Assembly (NCBI GenBank): GCA_002633005.1
Contig: NMRA01000012.1
Span: 1,258,564 to 1,322,563 of the forward strand
Reading direction: 5' to 3'
Origin: Phoronis australis
Taxonomy: Eukaryota > Animalia > Phoronida
DNA: 64,000 nucleotides
Positions within the stretch are counted from its first letter, which is position 1. Each line of letters opens with the position of its first letter. The notes below the pieces were generated by a model. The model was not told the origin of the DNA and ran no database searches. It saw only the letters and a list, made by a program, of their open reading frames with translations. This document shows, piece after piece, positions 37,647-51,840 of this stretch. The position numbers were made by a program, and so were the translations under genes.

Positions 37647-40600
37647 ATTACATTGCCCTCTGTCAGTGTTTTTGAGCAACAATACAATTTCGATTTTCTG
37701 ACTAGTCAGGGTTTGTAGTTGTTGTCCAGGAACACCAACAAAATTTGACACAGTTTTCGCAGGAGTCTGTCTACTTACTCTCTCAAGTAGAAAGAGTCGG
37801 ACGGCTCTGCAACGTCACAAGAAAATAGCAGTGAGTTTTCCAAGGCCAGAGTCTTGTCTCCAAATTCAGACTTAGACTTGAAACTTAACAAATCACACTG
37901 CATGATTTTAGTACACATTTGTAAATTTACTAGAAGTGTGCTGTGTAATTGATCAATTTTGAAGTTGAGTTAGGAGTACAGAGTTTAGATGCCTGGCCCA
38001 AAAGTTTCTATTTATTATTGCACACCCGCTCTTATTGATCATGAGGGTTTGATCTCGTTCTCGAAACAGAAGGCATATTTAAAGCTGCATTTTGCCCTGT
38101 CTAGCTTGCTAAATGTTGGCCTTTTGGTTTCATGAAATCAGTAGCACAGCATTCCTTTCATAGCACGTTAACTTTTTCATTCCCTCCAAGTGTAACCTTC
38201 GAAGTCTGTGTTTGAGTAACAACTCCTGCATAATGTTGTAACTATAGGCAAACTTCACTGGAGCATATGATTCTATGAAAATATGTATCAATGTGATTGG
38301 CTAGTGCAAAGGAAATAGAGACTAAATGCAGGTTGACACAGTTAAAACATGATAAAAATTTGGAGTATTCGGCTTTCAATGCAGACGCAGTCTTGTTGTG
38401 ACTGTTGGTTTTCACCTTGTCAAAAGGAGTCGGAAATTCACACAGTGTAATGTTCGTCACGTCATGTACGTAACAGAGGTTAGGATTGTACAAAGATTGA
38501 TCTATTTCAAAAATTTTCGTAGCTTGCCAAATTCTTGTTTTGCTACATCATGAAATATTCATGTGGTGTCCTGGTTTTCTTTCTGGACTGTCCAAATTTC
38601 GGTAAACTAATTAGTACGAAAATAAACCTCTTCCACGGTCCTCGTTTTGTCATGAAATTTGATTTCTGATGCAGAAATACCTTGAAATGGTGAGGATACC
38701 TGCAGTTGTAGGTATTCTATGCCTTACTGTGTCACGGTTGAGCGATCAGAGCTTCAGGGTTCATTTGCAAACATGAAATTAGATTATGGCATGAGAATTT
38801 TTCTAACATGAGGCAGCCTACTACTATGAAATTTCTTATTAATTAATCTGATGTTATTTTTTAACCGAAAAGTTATGGGTTCTATTCCTGGTTCCCTTAA
38901 GGACAAGGAGCAATTGATTAGAGAATAGATGGACAAAAATTACACAACAGGTGGCAATCTATTTCATGGTGCTCAAAGCTGACACCAGTGATCACTACAA
39001 AGTTAGCAGCAGAGTAATAGAATGATGTCTGTTTTAGCACCACTTACCAATTTAATATACCCGAAAAAGAGTGTAGTTTTTAATATAAAATTTCTGTCTG
39101 ATTTTATTTCAGTCACTTTTTACCCAGATTTTTCCAAAGCTGTATGTTTTATACAGCTCTTTCCCAAGGATAGGTATTTACCTGCAATGGACTAGTATCC
39201 TGTTTTGAGGGGAGACGAAAGACTCAAAGAAACTGGATTTAATTGCCTGCTCAGTAAGTCTGATGGCTAGTGAAAAAGTAGGCAGGTTGTGATTTGTGCA
39301 TCTTGATTTAATATTTGTGATTTTCTTCAATACCCATCTTTCAAACAAGTTACAACTTATTAAAGTTACTTTTCTGGTCGGATGACAATCGGCCAATTAA
39401 GGCCTGCATTTTCTGAGTGATGCGAAATAAAAACCATGAATGAAAGTCATGAACCTACTCTTCTCTTGTGTGGTTTCGTAGTTGTAAACAGAACATCAAT
39501 CCTCAGTTAATTGGCTAGTTCAGTCCAGTTTCTGTTGTGAGTTTTGGGTTTTCTCGACAGCATGAACAAACCCTTGTTTTTAACCAGCCTCCACTGCTTA
39601 GTCACTGCATGGTTTGTCCTGGAGGAGCTCCATGGAAAAAAATTCCTGACTATTCATTGGTAGTTTCTCAGTAAAACTTGCATTCATATTCATGTGATTG
39701 AAGAAATTTGTTGGACATATGTTTTGAAGCCTAAATGCCTCTTTGACCTTTGCATAAATGGTAGAATTGAAAACTGTTTAACTTCTGTTAATGGATTTAG
39801 GTACAGTAATTCTTCGTCTATTTAGCACGCAATATGGCCGACGAGTGAGAAAACTTTAGGCTGTTACTAGCATGGTTTGCACTGTGTAGATATCATAAAA
39901 TAACTTTTAGAAATTTTCCATTATGTAATGTTATCAACGTTTGGAAAATGGAAAAATGACATCAAGCGATATAAATGTAGTATAATCTTCTGCGTGTAAT
40001 GTTAGTGGTTTTGTTTAAGTCTTGGGGTATGACTGAAATCAAAGAAGCCACTGCAGATCCCCAAATGCAACCTGGGGTTTTGTGCAAATCACAAACCGTG
40101 ACCTAGAAGTAATCATGTGAGCGCTGTGTTCCGTAGCGCTGCGTCGTCGGTGATGTGGGCTATTAGGGTAAAGTTTCTTCAAATTTAAACAAAATGGCCA
40201 CATGTCTCAATCTTCCATTTTTGAATGCTCACTGTGTTATTAAAACGCTCCAAATTTCATCCTGTGTATGTTGACGACGATTGTAAAATATAAACTGTAC
40301 AAGTTATGAAGCACGTTTTCTTCTTGCGTATTTTTGTTTAAAATTTTGACAAAATAAAATATTCCTCCATATTGTATTCTAAATTGAATAACTTTACCAT
40401 GGTGTAGTTCCCAATCGTCATGACTAACAACGGTGTACCCATTCTCGACACCTTTTTACCATATTTTGCACATCCATTTATGGTTTTAGTATTTCTTGAA
40501 AAGCTTACTCGATGTAATAAAGCATTTTCCTGGGCTTTCGAATGGTGTCTCCTAAGAAAAATGGATCAAGAGACTAACTCACTTGGCTCACAAAAGTGTG

Positions 40601-42536
40601 TACCCATAATCGACACTCCACAACTGAATGTTTCCGAAAGCATGTCTCTACACGTTGTGATTATCTGATGAGTAGTAATTCAGTTAAATTAAATTAAATT
40701 TAGGTATTCTCAGTACTATCTAATGTACATTTCTGTTTCAAATTTCCTTTTTTCAAGAATGGAAACTTGTCAGTCGTTTACTTCCTTTGCGACTTTAGCT
40801 CACTATTACTCGCGTTCAAAAAGCATGATTTTGTGCACGCGCGATTCAGTAAACAAAGTGGCACGCATCTGAGACTTGAACGGAAGTCAGTTTAACTGGT
40901 AAGACCGTTAAACACTTGTTTGTTCAACGAAAATCGTAATGTGTCGATTGTGAGTAGTTTCGATTATGAGTACGATGATGCTAAAAGCCATGTACTGCAA
41001 GCACAGGAACCAGAAAAAAAAACTGATGGAAACTCATCAAAAGACCATTTTGCGATGGGGTTGCGGATTTTGTTAACTAGTTTGGTGCCCATTATTCTGT
41101 AGAGAAAGCTGATTCTCAATGATCTGTAACAAATTGTATCTCTACTTTTTGCAGGAAAAATTGTTCATTGAAACTACATACTGAAATCCTGGAAAACGCA
41201 TGGTTAACGAAAACACGATAGGAGTAGAAACCATGATTAAACATCACAAGTTTAATTTTTTGCAAAAGTGGGAAATCACATGACGTGGTTCCTGGTGTCA
41301 AGTGATTTTGAATTAGAAACTAAGTTATTAAATGGTATTGATATTGATCTGTTGGAAGGAGATAATGTTTCCTGACTGTGTTGGGTAAAATGTTGGACAA
41401 TCTCATGCGTAAGAGATTTGAAAATTTACCAAAACATACGTTTTGAGATCTGTTGCCATCTTGTTAAGCTTTTTGCTAGTACCCAATGTTGTTTTGAAAT
41501 ATGATGTTAGATTTTATCTTCATTTCCACTTTTCGACCTGAAAATTCAACAACTAACTGAATTATGTAACATACCGTAATTTGTACAATCAAAACTGCAA
41601 CAATTGCCTAGAAAGTTAACAAGAGTCAAGATATTTAAACTTATATTTTTTGATAATCATGACCATTGGGTTGTCAGTATGAGAGTCCAATGTTATATGA
41701 CAAGCATGGGACTTGTTATCAACTGTTGAGCACATTGTCATGATATATACCTGTTTCACAAGATAATCTCTCAACACTTTTGATTTTGAACAATAGATGG
41801 CATTGCTGTAGCTAAATCAGCTGTTCCTTAGGCTTGAGTAAATAGGGCAGTTAAGCAAATTGGTGTGAAGAGAAATTAAAACTATTGATTATGTATCAAA
41901 ATTCAATATCTTAAAATGTATTTATATTTGTGAAATGTGCTGTTCATACTGCATTTACTTAAGTCGGAATGTAATACTTTTGAAAAAGGATGCGAGTATC
42001 ATGTCGTGGAACACTGCTTCTTGGTGGTTTTGTTTTAGAAACATTTTAAACATTTTTTAAGTAGAAGGTACGGATCATCTTGTTGACAAAGTAATTATGC
42101 CGGTTGTTATAACTTTATGCTGCCCTGATTCATATAACATCAATTCAATTATTTTATTATGTTTACTTATACTGTACGCATGAAATGAATTTTAAAAAAT
42201 AATTTTGTGCTTGAGTAGTCAATGCAGGTGTACTGACTCCTGTTTGAAATAGACAAGAGTCTTTTCGATCAAAGACCTCTTGGCCAGTGCCCCATGCCTG
42301 TTAATTTATCTGTCTGGCAGTTTGAAGATGTTACTAGGGACGTGGTAATGAAGTGCTGTGCAGAGCTGAGTCTTGCCCCAGGCAGACTTGTTCAATATTT
42401 ACGGAACAACACTGAGTGGTCATTTCATAAGTGCATATTTTTCACTTCAATGACATCCACAAAGCTACATCAAATCTATCCACTGATAAAATAAAACTGT
42501 GAATGTTTACATCTTGGATTCTGACTTATCATGATT

Positions 42537-42783
42537 TACGGTAAAATCTCATCAATTTCGGACAAAAATAATTAACAAATTTAATAATCTCTCTTTTCTT
42601 CATTTTTCAAAGGCTTCTCGTGTTGTTTATGTTTAAATTACTCTAATCATTGCCTGATGGTATCCATGTAGAAAACTTTAAAAAAAGCACTTGTTTGGTG
42701 CTATTTATGTTTTGTGAAAAATGGAAGAAAAAGAAATTTCTCTTGTTTACAAAACTGTCCTCTAAATTAGTTCTTGTTACCAT
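42537..42783. mobile_element. pogo/Tc1-like MITE copy
   Basis: Left end tacggtaaaatctcatcaatttcggacaaaaataatt; degenerate right end. Homologous to the 54974 and 60022 copies. Confidence 0.65.
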
Positions 42784-42933
42784 TTTCTAGACTAGGGTGT
42801 CTGATGCTGCAAAATACACTTCTATCTATGGGGCAACTGAGAAAGTGGGTACCCGATATAAAACTAGATCATGAAAAACAGTGTGAACAATTCCGCTTAT
42901 CCCCTTCGAGATGAAGACCGAGTTAGCAACGTA

Positions 42934-43148
42934 CCCCAGATCCTCCTATGGAAAATGACATTCCTGGGTTAGCAGCATGCCCCAGACCCACCTATGGAAG
43001 ATACCTATTCCTGGGTTAGCAGCATGCCCCAGATCCACCTATGGAAGATCCTATTCTTGGGTTATCAGCATGTTCTAAACCCTTCTATAGAGGATCCCAT
43101 TCCTGGGTTACCTGCATGCTCCAAGCTTTCCTGTGGAAGAGCCTCCCT
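42934..43148. repeat. Minisatellite, unit about 46 bp, about 4.5 copies
   Basis: Variants of ccccagatccacctatggaagatcctattcctgggttagcagcatg in tandem. Confidence 0.9.
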
Positions 43149-45462
43149 GACCCGCTTTTTCCAAAATAAGTATGTGATGAGTTTTGACCAGTGACTTACT
43201 ATCTAGATTGCATTGTTACTGGACTGTGTTCAATAGCATGCCAAGTTGTTTGTCAATCATATGTTCATAGGGAAGGAAGATCCCTAAGCAGAAAAGTTGT
43301 GACTAGATTTCTTCACTGAAGTGAAAGTGTGAAGGTGACTAGCACTTGATTCAATATTTCATCTTACGTTGGCCTGGAGTGAGTGACTTACCACTGCCCG
43401 TTTTTTCTTCAAAAGTCTCTTTCCTTTATTTTCACAAGATAGTTTAAACCACAGAAGAGTTTCATCAATCGAGAGATGTAAAAACATTTTTCAGTAATGA
43501 TAATTTGTAAAAAGTGAAGTTCATTGAGCTGTCGTGGCCATTTTGTCAGTGCACCGCTAAAAACTCAAGAATTGTTTTGAAAATTCTATGGTTTATTGTG
43601 GTTTTTGAAAAAACAGTTGATTAGTCTTGAAAGAGCATCATTTGGCATAAAGTTTAAATGGACATTATTGGCGAGGAAAGTAATTGTCTGAGAACAGCAT
43701 CAGTGCGCAAAGTAACCTTTAACACCTGCAGTTGCACCAGTCTAACCTCTGGTTTCGGAGCTGAATCCCACTTGTTAAATGACAGAGAATTTTAAGACTA
43801 TTTAGCTTGTAGTCACCAGCCTTGACCTCCGTGAATGTCTAACAGACAATTAAGAAAATTGGCGACTGGCGATAAAATCACAAAAGCACCAAAATTGGTT
43901 GATTTACAGCATTGTTCCAACGTTTATCCCATTCAACAATAATCCAGAAATGCATTTTTGGTTGTAAAACGGATATTGCCCCTTTAAACTATGTAACTGG
44001 TTTTGCAGTCAATTTCCTACTATGAAGTTTTTTACTGAAAATAAAGGGAAAGCGTATTTTATTATGACATGATGGCGATGAGTTATTGATAAGTGCTGTA
44101 AAATGTGCTAGTTTGAATGTTATTCAATATCCAGCAGGAATTGTAGGGTGTGCTGAACATTTGTCCACTGATGCAGTTCACAAAATTCAATCGGAAAGGA
44201 GCTCCTTAGTGTGAGGCGTCAGCTCTGAAGTGCAGATCACAATATGTCTTTTGATCTCAAGCCTGGTTTAAAAATGACTCCACTATTAGTTCAAGCCGAT
44301 ATCACAAACTTCCAATTGGAGTAAATCAAGTTACTTGCTTTGAACCTCCCTGCTAAAGCAATCAACAAGCTCCATTAGGACCATAGTCTTGTGTGCTATT
44401 AGGAACCCTAACTGGCTGTATTAAAAATCCAAAACAAAAGGTTGCACTGCATGGGGCTGTAAAGCATGCACTATTAGAGTGGGAATGGTTGGGTATTGAT
44501 CTGTCACTGTCCTGATTAGGTCTGTCAGTAATAAGTTAGCTTGTGTATAAGGCCAGCCCCCGTTATCCTTACATTGGACAAGTGGTGGGAATTTTACTAA
44601 GGCAAGGAATCCGTTCTTACGTCTGAGAAGGACTTCTGAGCGCCTGCCATGTGCTAATCCCGGTTTAAGTTTGCCTGGAAATACGTTGCGAGTTATTAGT
44701 CTACTTAATTATATGAGCAAGACGCGAGTGAATTGGTACAATTTAAATGAAAAGGTTATGCTGAAATCGCCTAGGGATTATCTGTAATAAAATTTACTCT
44801 AGTGTCCTTGTAAACTACTGTCTACCTTTTATTGATGAGATCTATACTCCTCTACTGTCGTTCTTTCATAATTCTTATTGACTTGCAAGTGTGAATAGCA
44901 TGAAGGTGGCTGAAAAATCTTGATTCACAAGGAAAGGAAATAAATCCATTCTCGATTTGATTTAAACTTCTTATTTAGCGTTGAAAAAGAATTTAGATCT
45001 TGCTACAAACTTATCAATTCAGGACAATATGGCTGACAAGAGAAATTTTATTTTTCATTTTTTTTACTTTAGATAAATAGCTCCAAATAAATGCTTTATC
45101 GTTTTTCACTTTACACCATAGCCACTGTCAAACACTGTTCTGGATAATCAGGGTATTCACTGTAACTCTAACAGAAGCGTTTGAAAAACAGTTTTGGTAA
45201 TTCTTGTTATCTGAAATTGAAATTGCTGAAATTTTACTGTATTCACAGCATATTCTCTCTTTTCCTGAGCTTCTTAGACGACTTGTTTCTTTAAATTTTA
45301 ATTTAATGTAATTAAAGCATGCGCTTAATCATTCTTGTTTTCTCATCAAAGATGTATTTTCTTGGAGTTTGTTGGTATTGCTTCAATAGCATCAAAGTTT
45401 ATGAAATAGTAAGTTACTTCTAAAATAATCTGTCGCTTTCACTTTTCATAAATTTTTAATCT

Positions 45463-45633
45463 AAGGTCCCGTCCACACACAGCTTGCCCTAGAACAACCT
45501 GCACCAGTGCAACTTACGCCACTTTCAAGTGGAACGTACACACACACACACACACACAGACACACACACAGACACACACACAGACACACACACAGACAGA
45601 CACACANNNNNNNNNNNNNNNNNNNNNNNNNNN

Positions 45634-45677
<44 letters not shown>

Positions 45678-46003
45678 GTATCCGATAACTAAGGTAAGGC
45701 GGAAGTTGTCGCTCTGTGCGTGACAATGAACACCTAATGCCAACACGTTAAGCAAAAGAAAACCTGTATGTAACCGCAGCTGATAATTACTTCCACCTTG
45801 CCGCAGGTTTGTAGCCAAGCAGCGGTTACAAGTGGTGCAAGTTACCCTAGGACAAGTTACACCACCTCGATAATGTAGAGTAAGTTGTCACAAGTGGGGT
45901 AGGTTGCACTAGTTTAAATATTGTCCACACAGCACTCAAACCTAGCGACATCTCGTTCCAGGAGTAACTTGTTCTGGGGTAAGTCTGTGTGTGGACGGCA
46001 CTT
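45463..46003 (+). mobile_element. PIF/Harbinger-like MITE with an internal (CA)n expansion
   Basis: TIRs aaggtcccgtccacacacagcttgccctagaacaa / ttgttctggggtaagtctgtgtgtggacggcactt, in a TAA/TTA context. Confidence 0.8.
45538..45677. repeat. (CA)n / (CACACAGACACA)n microsatellite with an assembly gap (N at 45607-45633)
   Basis: Directly visible. Confidence 0.95.
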
Positions 46004-48604
46004 TAGCTGCAAACATGGCACTCAGTCATGTTGAAACTAGGGGAAAATCTCCCCAATTAAGACATATTATGGCTTACAAATGAAATTTCTATTTTATTTT
46101 TTCATGTCTTTAGTAAAATTTAACAAAAAGTTACATCCATGCATAACAACAGTATCAAAGAAGACGAAGAAGACCAAATTTCATTTTGAGAAAGTTCGGT
46201 TTTCTAAAATATATTTTTTGTTTTCTTCCAACTTGAGTCTCTTAGAAAAATCCTAGAAGTCCTATTTTGGATAACTCCTCACGCACTAGTGGAACATTTT
46301 AACAATTACAGCTTCATTCAATGCGATCAGCCAGTTTAAGATATGATGTTCTGAAGTTGGCCAAATTAAGACATTTTTGAGGGTCCTAGTAACCTTAACT
46401 TATGTCCATAAGTAACAACATGGCTATCAAATGTACAGTACAGCCGAAAGTATCGAGACAAAATGCCCCAGAATTCCCGTCATGATGGTTCTGCGGAAGC
46501 TGAATTCATTGGCAGTGTATCCTTCCCTTACACCGAGAATGAATGGAAATAACAGGAAAGATAGTAAGATGGCTAAGCCATTCTGTAGTTTTAGTACCAT
46601 AGTTTAGTGTTCATTACCTGTCAGTTTTGCTGTTAACAGAATTACCCTTCATGGCAGAGAAACGGTATTTGTTCTGAATACCTTTGCCCTGTACTTCAGG
46701 CTGGCGAGGAATTAGCGGCAGACGTACACCTTTGAATTTACTGAAAATGTCTATGGGAATTCTGTACAGGGGGATAAAAGCACCGTTTTGGAACTACTTG
46801 TTTAGGCATTTCACACTTTAGAGTTAGAACTGTAGATAAAGGTTGTTTCGCGACCACAAGTGTTTATGACCAATGACATAAGTGTTTTAGACCGGTCTGA
46901 ATTTAGGACGGTATTAACATTAAAATGCTCGAAAAGACCGGATTGGACTAGTTACTCCGATTCTGCAAGTGAAGTGCAAAATGTTTAGACCGCATTATTT
47001 TCTCGACTGTCCTCAGTTGCTCAATCCAACGGCCTGGGGTTTGCTTCTCCGAGTTTGGTTTAGTTGCATTTCTATACATTTCAGATGTAATCAAAACAAA
47101 AATTAAAGCTGGGAGGGTTCCTTAGAAACTCTGCATCAGAAAAGTTTGACCTACTTTGAAGTTAAGTAATGGTTCATATAACTGACGGGGTCTGAAACTG
47201 CGTATGCTCTCACAGAGTTTGCATAAGGTTTCTTGACAGCTTTGTCTGATATGGCCGTCGAGCAGGATTATGACATGTCTTCTGTCAAATTGAGAGTTTG
47301 TGGCGAACAGGATGGTGGAGTTGGGTCGTTGTGTTCAAAATAATTATGCAAAGGTCCTGACAATTATAAAGTACCTCGGACAAGAAAACCTTTCTAGTGT
47401 ATAGTTTCCTGCATTGAGTTAAGACGACAGACTGTGTGAAAGGCAGCTGTTGACAACTGGCTTATATTGCTCATTGGAAATATGTTCTAAACCTCAAACT
47501 AGTATGGACTGTAATGCGAAAGCAGCTTTAATACACGTTTTTGAAAATGTTCATAATTGTATGATCCATTACACACTTTGTCACACAGTGGTGTTACACT
47601 TCATTGTAAGTAATCAGTTATGAGGATTATTATTTCAAGTGCAGACTTGGTTATTCGGTGTGTGCTTAAACTTTAAGTACATTTACCGTTGGTATAATCC
47701 AGTGTTCTCCACCTCAGAAAATTCAAACTTAACAAAAATTCATGAACTTGTTCGAAAGTCTGTGTCTGTACTTTGGGGAGGCTTGTACGTTAAATCTTGA
47801 AATTCATGCATCGAACTGGCTCCATAGGTCCAACGTGCTCTAATTTGGTAAAGAAAAGTAAACCTTTCAAAAGTTCAAACTCCTTGCACAGGTTTTCAAA
47901 GTCCATTCAAGTAAGCCACACTTGTTAACATGGAATTCAAACTGGTTATTGTGACAAGTCAAAACTTGTTGTACCGAACACTGTAATCATGACATGGAAA
48001 CGACTCCGTGTTGGCGAGGACCGAGCTTTCTGGTTGCCTTCTCATCTTAACCTGTAGTGGCCAATACTTCTAAAACATGTGACAATTCTGTATTTTTTCT
48101 GTGCCAAAGTGATTCGAATTCTTTATCAGTTTCACCCCATTTGGTGGTCGTTCTCGTTTATCGGTTTGACATCATGTGCTTTTTTGTCTTGTGACTTACG
48201 CTCTTGCTGTGTGATAGAGTGTCACATCGTTCTTTGACACACTCTTGAAGATCTTGGCTGACAGCTTATGGTTGTATATACAGTAAAATCTCACTAATTT
48301 AGGGCATATTAGGGCTAACATAAGTGAAATTTTATTTTTTCATTTTTTTATGAAATAGCTGTTGCACCAATCAAAATGTTTCAACATTTTAGAATTCTGT
48401 ACCACTCGCTACCACAAAAGGCAATAGTGTGATATATAACGTGCCCGTATTTTGGGAACCAGTTTGATGACCGTTATTTAGTGGAGAAAACTGGCTCTCA
48501 AAATTCTGGCACGCTATATCAGACCATTACCACCACCAGACAATGTTTTGAGAAACTGGACAGCCATAACGACATTGGAGGGATTTAGAAAATGAATAGA
48601 TCAG

Positions 48605-50080
48605 TTTTTATTTGCCCACATATTTATATGTGGGGGCACTATGGCGTCTTTCCTGTCCGTTTGGCGTCCGCTGCTCTATTTCCAAAACCTTTTGATGCGT
48701 GTTCATGAAATTTTGCAAATACGTTCCTTTCATGGATGGGACAGCATGAGCGAATTTTTGGACATATCGGACTACGGGTGTGCCGCCTAGTGGCACTTTT
48801 AGTTTTTTACATTTACCACTGTATCTTCAAAGGTTGTCGATGGATTTTTATAAAATGTGGTAAATGGGTATCTATTAGTGAGATGACGCTACCTTCCGGT
48901 TTTCGGATGGATTCAAAGTATTTTTTGCCACCTAGTGGCCATTTTGCTGTTTTCGAGTCTGTTTTTTTGGCATCTGCCACTCTATCAACCAAACTATTCT
49001 AAAGATTGTAAAAATTGACATATATGTTATTACTGTGAAGAGGATGGCCGATGATGATTTTCTGATGACTTTGACTCCTGTGGTGCTTCTAGTGGCAGTT
49101 TTGTTTTCTTTGCGCCCATGGCTGTATTTCCTAAACCTTCTTCAGCCCCTCTATCAACCAAACCACTCTAAGGAGGTGAAGAGGATAGCTGATGATGATT
49201 TTCGGACTTGGACTACTGTGGCCATCCTAGTGCCAATTTTTGTGCTCCAAGGCTATATCTCCCAAACCCTGTGCAGGATTTTTATTAAATTTGGGAAGTA
49301 TATTTATATGAAGTTGACAACCACGACATTTCGACAGTTCCGACTACCACTGTGCCTCCAAGTGGCTATTTTATTTTTTCGTTGGGTTCTGTATCTTTGA
49401 AACTCCATGACCGATTTTTATAAAATTTAACAAATAGATTTCCTATTAAAGAGATGATGTCGGGTTCACGTTTTCTGATAGATTTGACTTATAGCTGCCG
49501 TTTTTACTATGAAATTTTGTAAATAGGTTTCTATTAAGGATACAACGCTTTCTCATTTTTGGTTGGATTTGACATTTTCTACCCCATTTAAAAATTTTGG
49601 GTACACTTTTGACATCATCGTCTCCATCCACTAAACTACTTGAAGAATCATTAGTAAAATTTGGAAATGTGTTCTTGATGAGAAGACCGAGGCTGACGTT
49701 GAATTTTGGAAGTGTTCGACTATTCTGGCAACCCCTGGCATTATTTTGCGTCCACGGCTGTGTCTTTTTTATTGTTTGCAAAATCTTTATGAAATTTTAC
49801 TGAGGCATTCCTATGGAGATGGCAACAGCTATTAGGAAGACAACAGCACCTTTCCTTTTTGGGATGGATACATTTATTCTGCTCCAGCTAGGGGCCGTTT
49901 TATTTTTTAAACTTTTTTGTCATCTGCTTCTATATCTGCGGAGGATCATTAAGGAAATTGGCAGATTTTCATGAAGTTTGGCAAATAGTTTTTTGAGGCG
50001 ACACATTTTGGATGGGTTCAATATATTCTGTGCCATCTAATGGTCATTTTTATGATACAAATGAACATCCATAGAAGTAA
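48605..50080 (+). mobile_element. HINE/Helentron-like element with internal tandem subrepeats
   Basis: T-rich start, 5' hairpin cccacatatttatatgtggg (48615-48634) and gtccgt-like motifs. Repeated gattttta(t)aaattt and ctagtggc blocks. Homologous to 31398-32145. Confidence 0.7.
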
Positions 50081-51818
50081 CACGTTTGCAGTGTAGTCGT
50101 TGGCACATTTCAACATTGAGCGTTGCTCTTGTAACAATTATTTTTGCTCAAAATTGGTGAGATTTTACTGTTATGCCGCCACACATGCTGACTATTGTCT
50201 TGCATCCCAGGTGTTTATTCTACGTTTATTTTATTTGAAAGTCTTTAAAGAGTTCTACCTGGCCACTGACCAATTAATTTCCGAAGGTGTTGGCAGGTAA
50301 TGTCTGTATTTAAAGTTTTAGCAGTGATAATGATGCCTCCTAATTGCTAGGTATGACCCAAACGTAAGCCGTAAAGTCCTTGTGAGGCGATTGTGAGGCA
50401 TTAGGAATTTCATCACCTTAGTATGGATTAGTACTGTCTGCAATAAGGTGTCATCTAATTCATTTGAACTTAAGACCAGAAGGGTCACCTTGGGAAGTCT
50501 CGGGTAGGTTAATCCACCTTTAGGATACACTGGTATTATCTTGTTTTCCGTGGCGTTCGTTTTATTTGTTTCTGAGTGAGTGTTTTGTGGTGAAAGTTGT
50601 ATGAATGTGACCATTCCTTATGCTATGGCACAAATTCTTCAGTTGGGGACACAATATTAAAGTGAAATTTTATTTCGTCAAATTTCTCATGAAGACTACT
50701 TTTTCGTGAAACTTTACTTGACTTTTAGCATGCTTTGTACAGTACAGCTGGCACCAGACATTTGGAAATTTTGAGCCTTGGGAGCTATGTACAATAGTCA
50801 ATTTTCTACCGAAGTAAAGAAATTTTAGCCTAGTAGATACAAGGCCTATACATACCTGACGGACCATTGGGTAAACAGGTCAAAGGCAAACACCAGATGT
50901 GGAATTCCAAAACTTCAATTTTTAGTAAGTTCTCCAAAATGGACATCTTGCAAATTTGTTTCAGTTCAAAAAGGTCTCTTTGAACTTAGTTTTGTTCGTA
51001 GAGGTTCAAGATATAGTGCGGTGTGCACCTTTTCTCTGTGCTAAGAGCAGTAGCGCTGAATGGGTGATGAACCTGGCTTGCCATTGGTTAAAAGTCCAAA
51101 TAAACATTATCTGATTGGTTGGAAGGTAACATTCAAGAATTTCCATTGGTTGGAAGTTCAGACATACTAGATCGACATGTTCCACGAAAGGTTGTGTTGC
51201 TTGAATCACTCAAGATATCTGGGCATCAACTAAACAGTATAGAGAGATTCATTACACTTTTCTAAGTGTATTCCGGTGTCATTTGTTTATGACAATTGTC
51301 CAATTTACAGAGGCATGCATATTGATGTCTTTTAGAAGTAATTCTGTGTAAAATGATCCTCCTTTTACAATGCCACTTCTCCAGAGGTGGCGCTGTGAAA
51401 GAGCGTGTACGGTAGTTCGATGTATCTTGTTGGTCTGATGATTAGGAAATCTTGAGATGTCAAGTTAGGTAACCATTTCATGACATGCATTACAATGTCA
51501 TATTGCTAGGAGTATATTGCCCGCGATTTTGCATCTTGCATAAGTTATTTTTCGACTAGTCAGAAGTGGATTAGTGGTTTCATTTATGCCTTCTAACTAT
51601 GAACTCCCAAAGGCAGTTAACAGCCAATGAATACCATGCATGGGCGATGATTTCAAATTGTTTTCGGCATTTGAACACAAACATAATTATTTCTTCATTG
51701 TTTATTTATTATTTTTATATCTATATCTATGATCTACAAGGAAAAAATAATAAAACTACTATTGCTGTTTTTATGCTTATGTATGCCAGCATGATGTAGG
51801 CTCATGACCTTGACCTGA

Positions 51819-51840
51819 ATGAGGTTACCTCCTCCAAAAG
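51819..51840 (+). CDS. Weak candidate alternative first coding exon (MRLPPPK, phase-1 end)
   Basis: ATG 51819, 7 codons + 1 nt, strong donor AAG|GTAAGC at 51840/51841. Short enough to arise by chance. Confidence 0.3.

Noticed and set aside
45461-45818. Poly-(CV)/(TH) ORFs
   Set aside because: Translations of a (CA)n microsatellite spanning an N gap.
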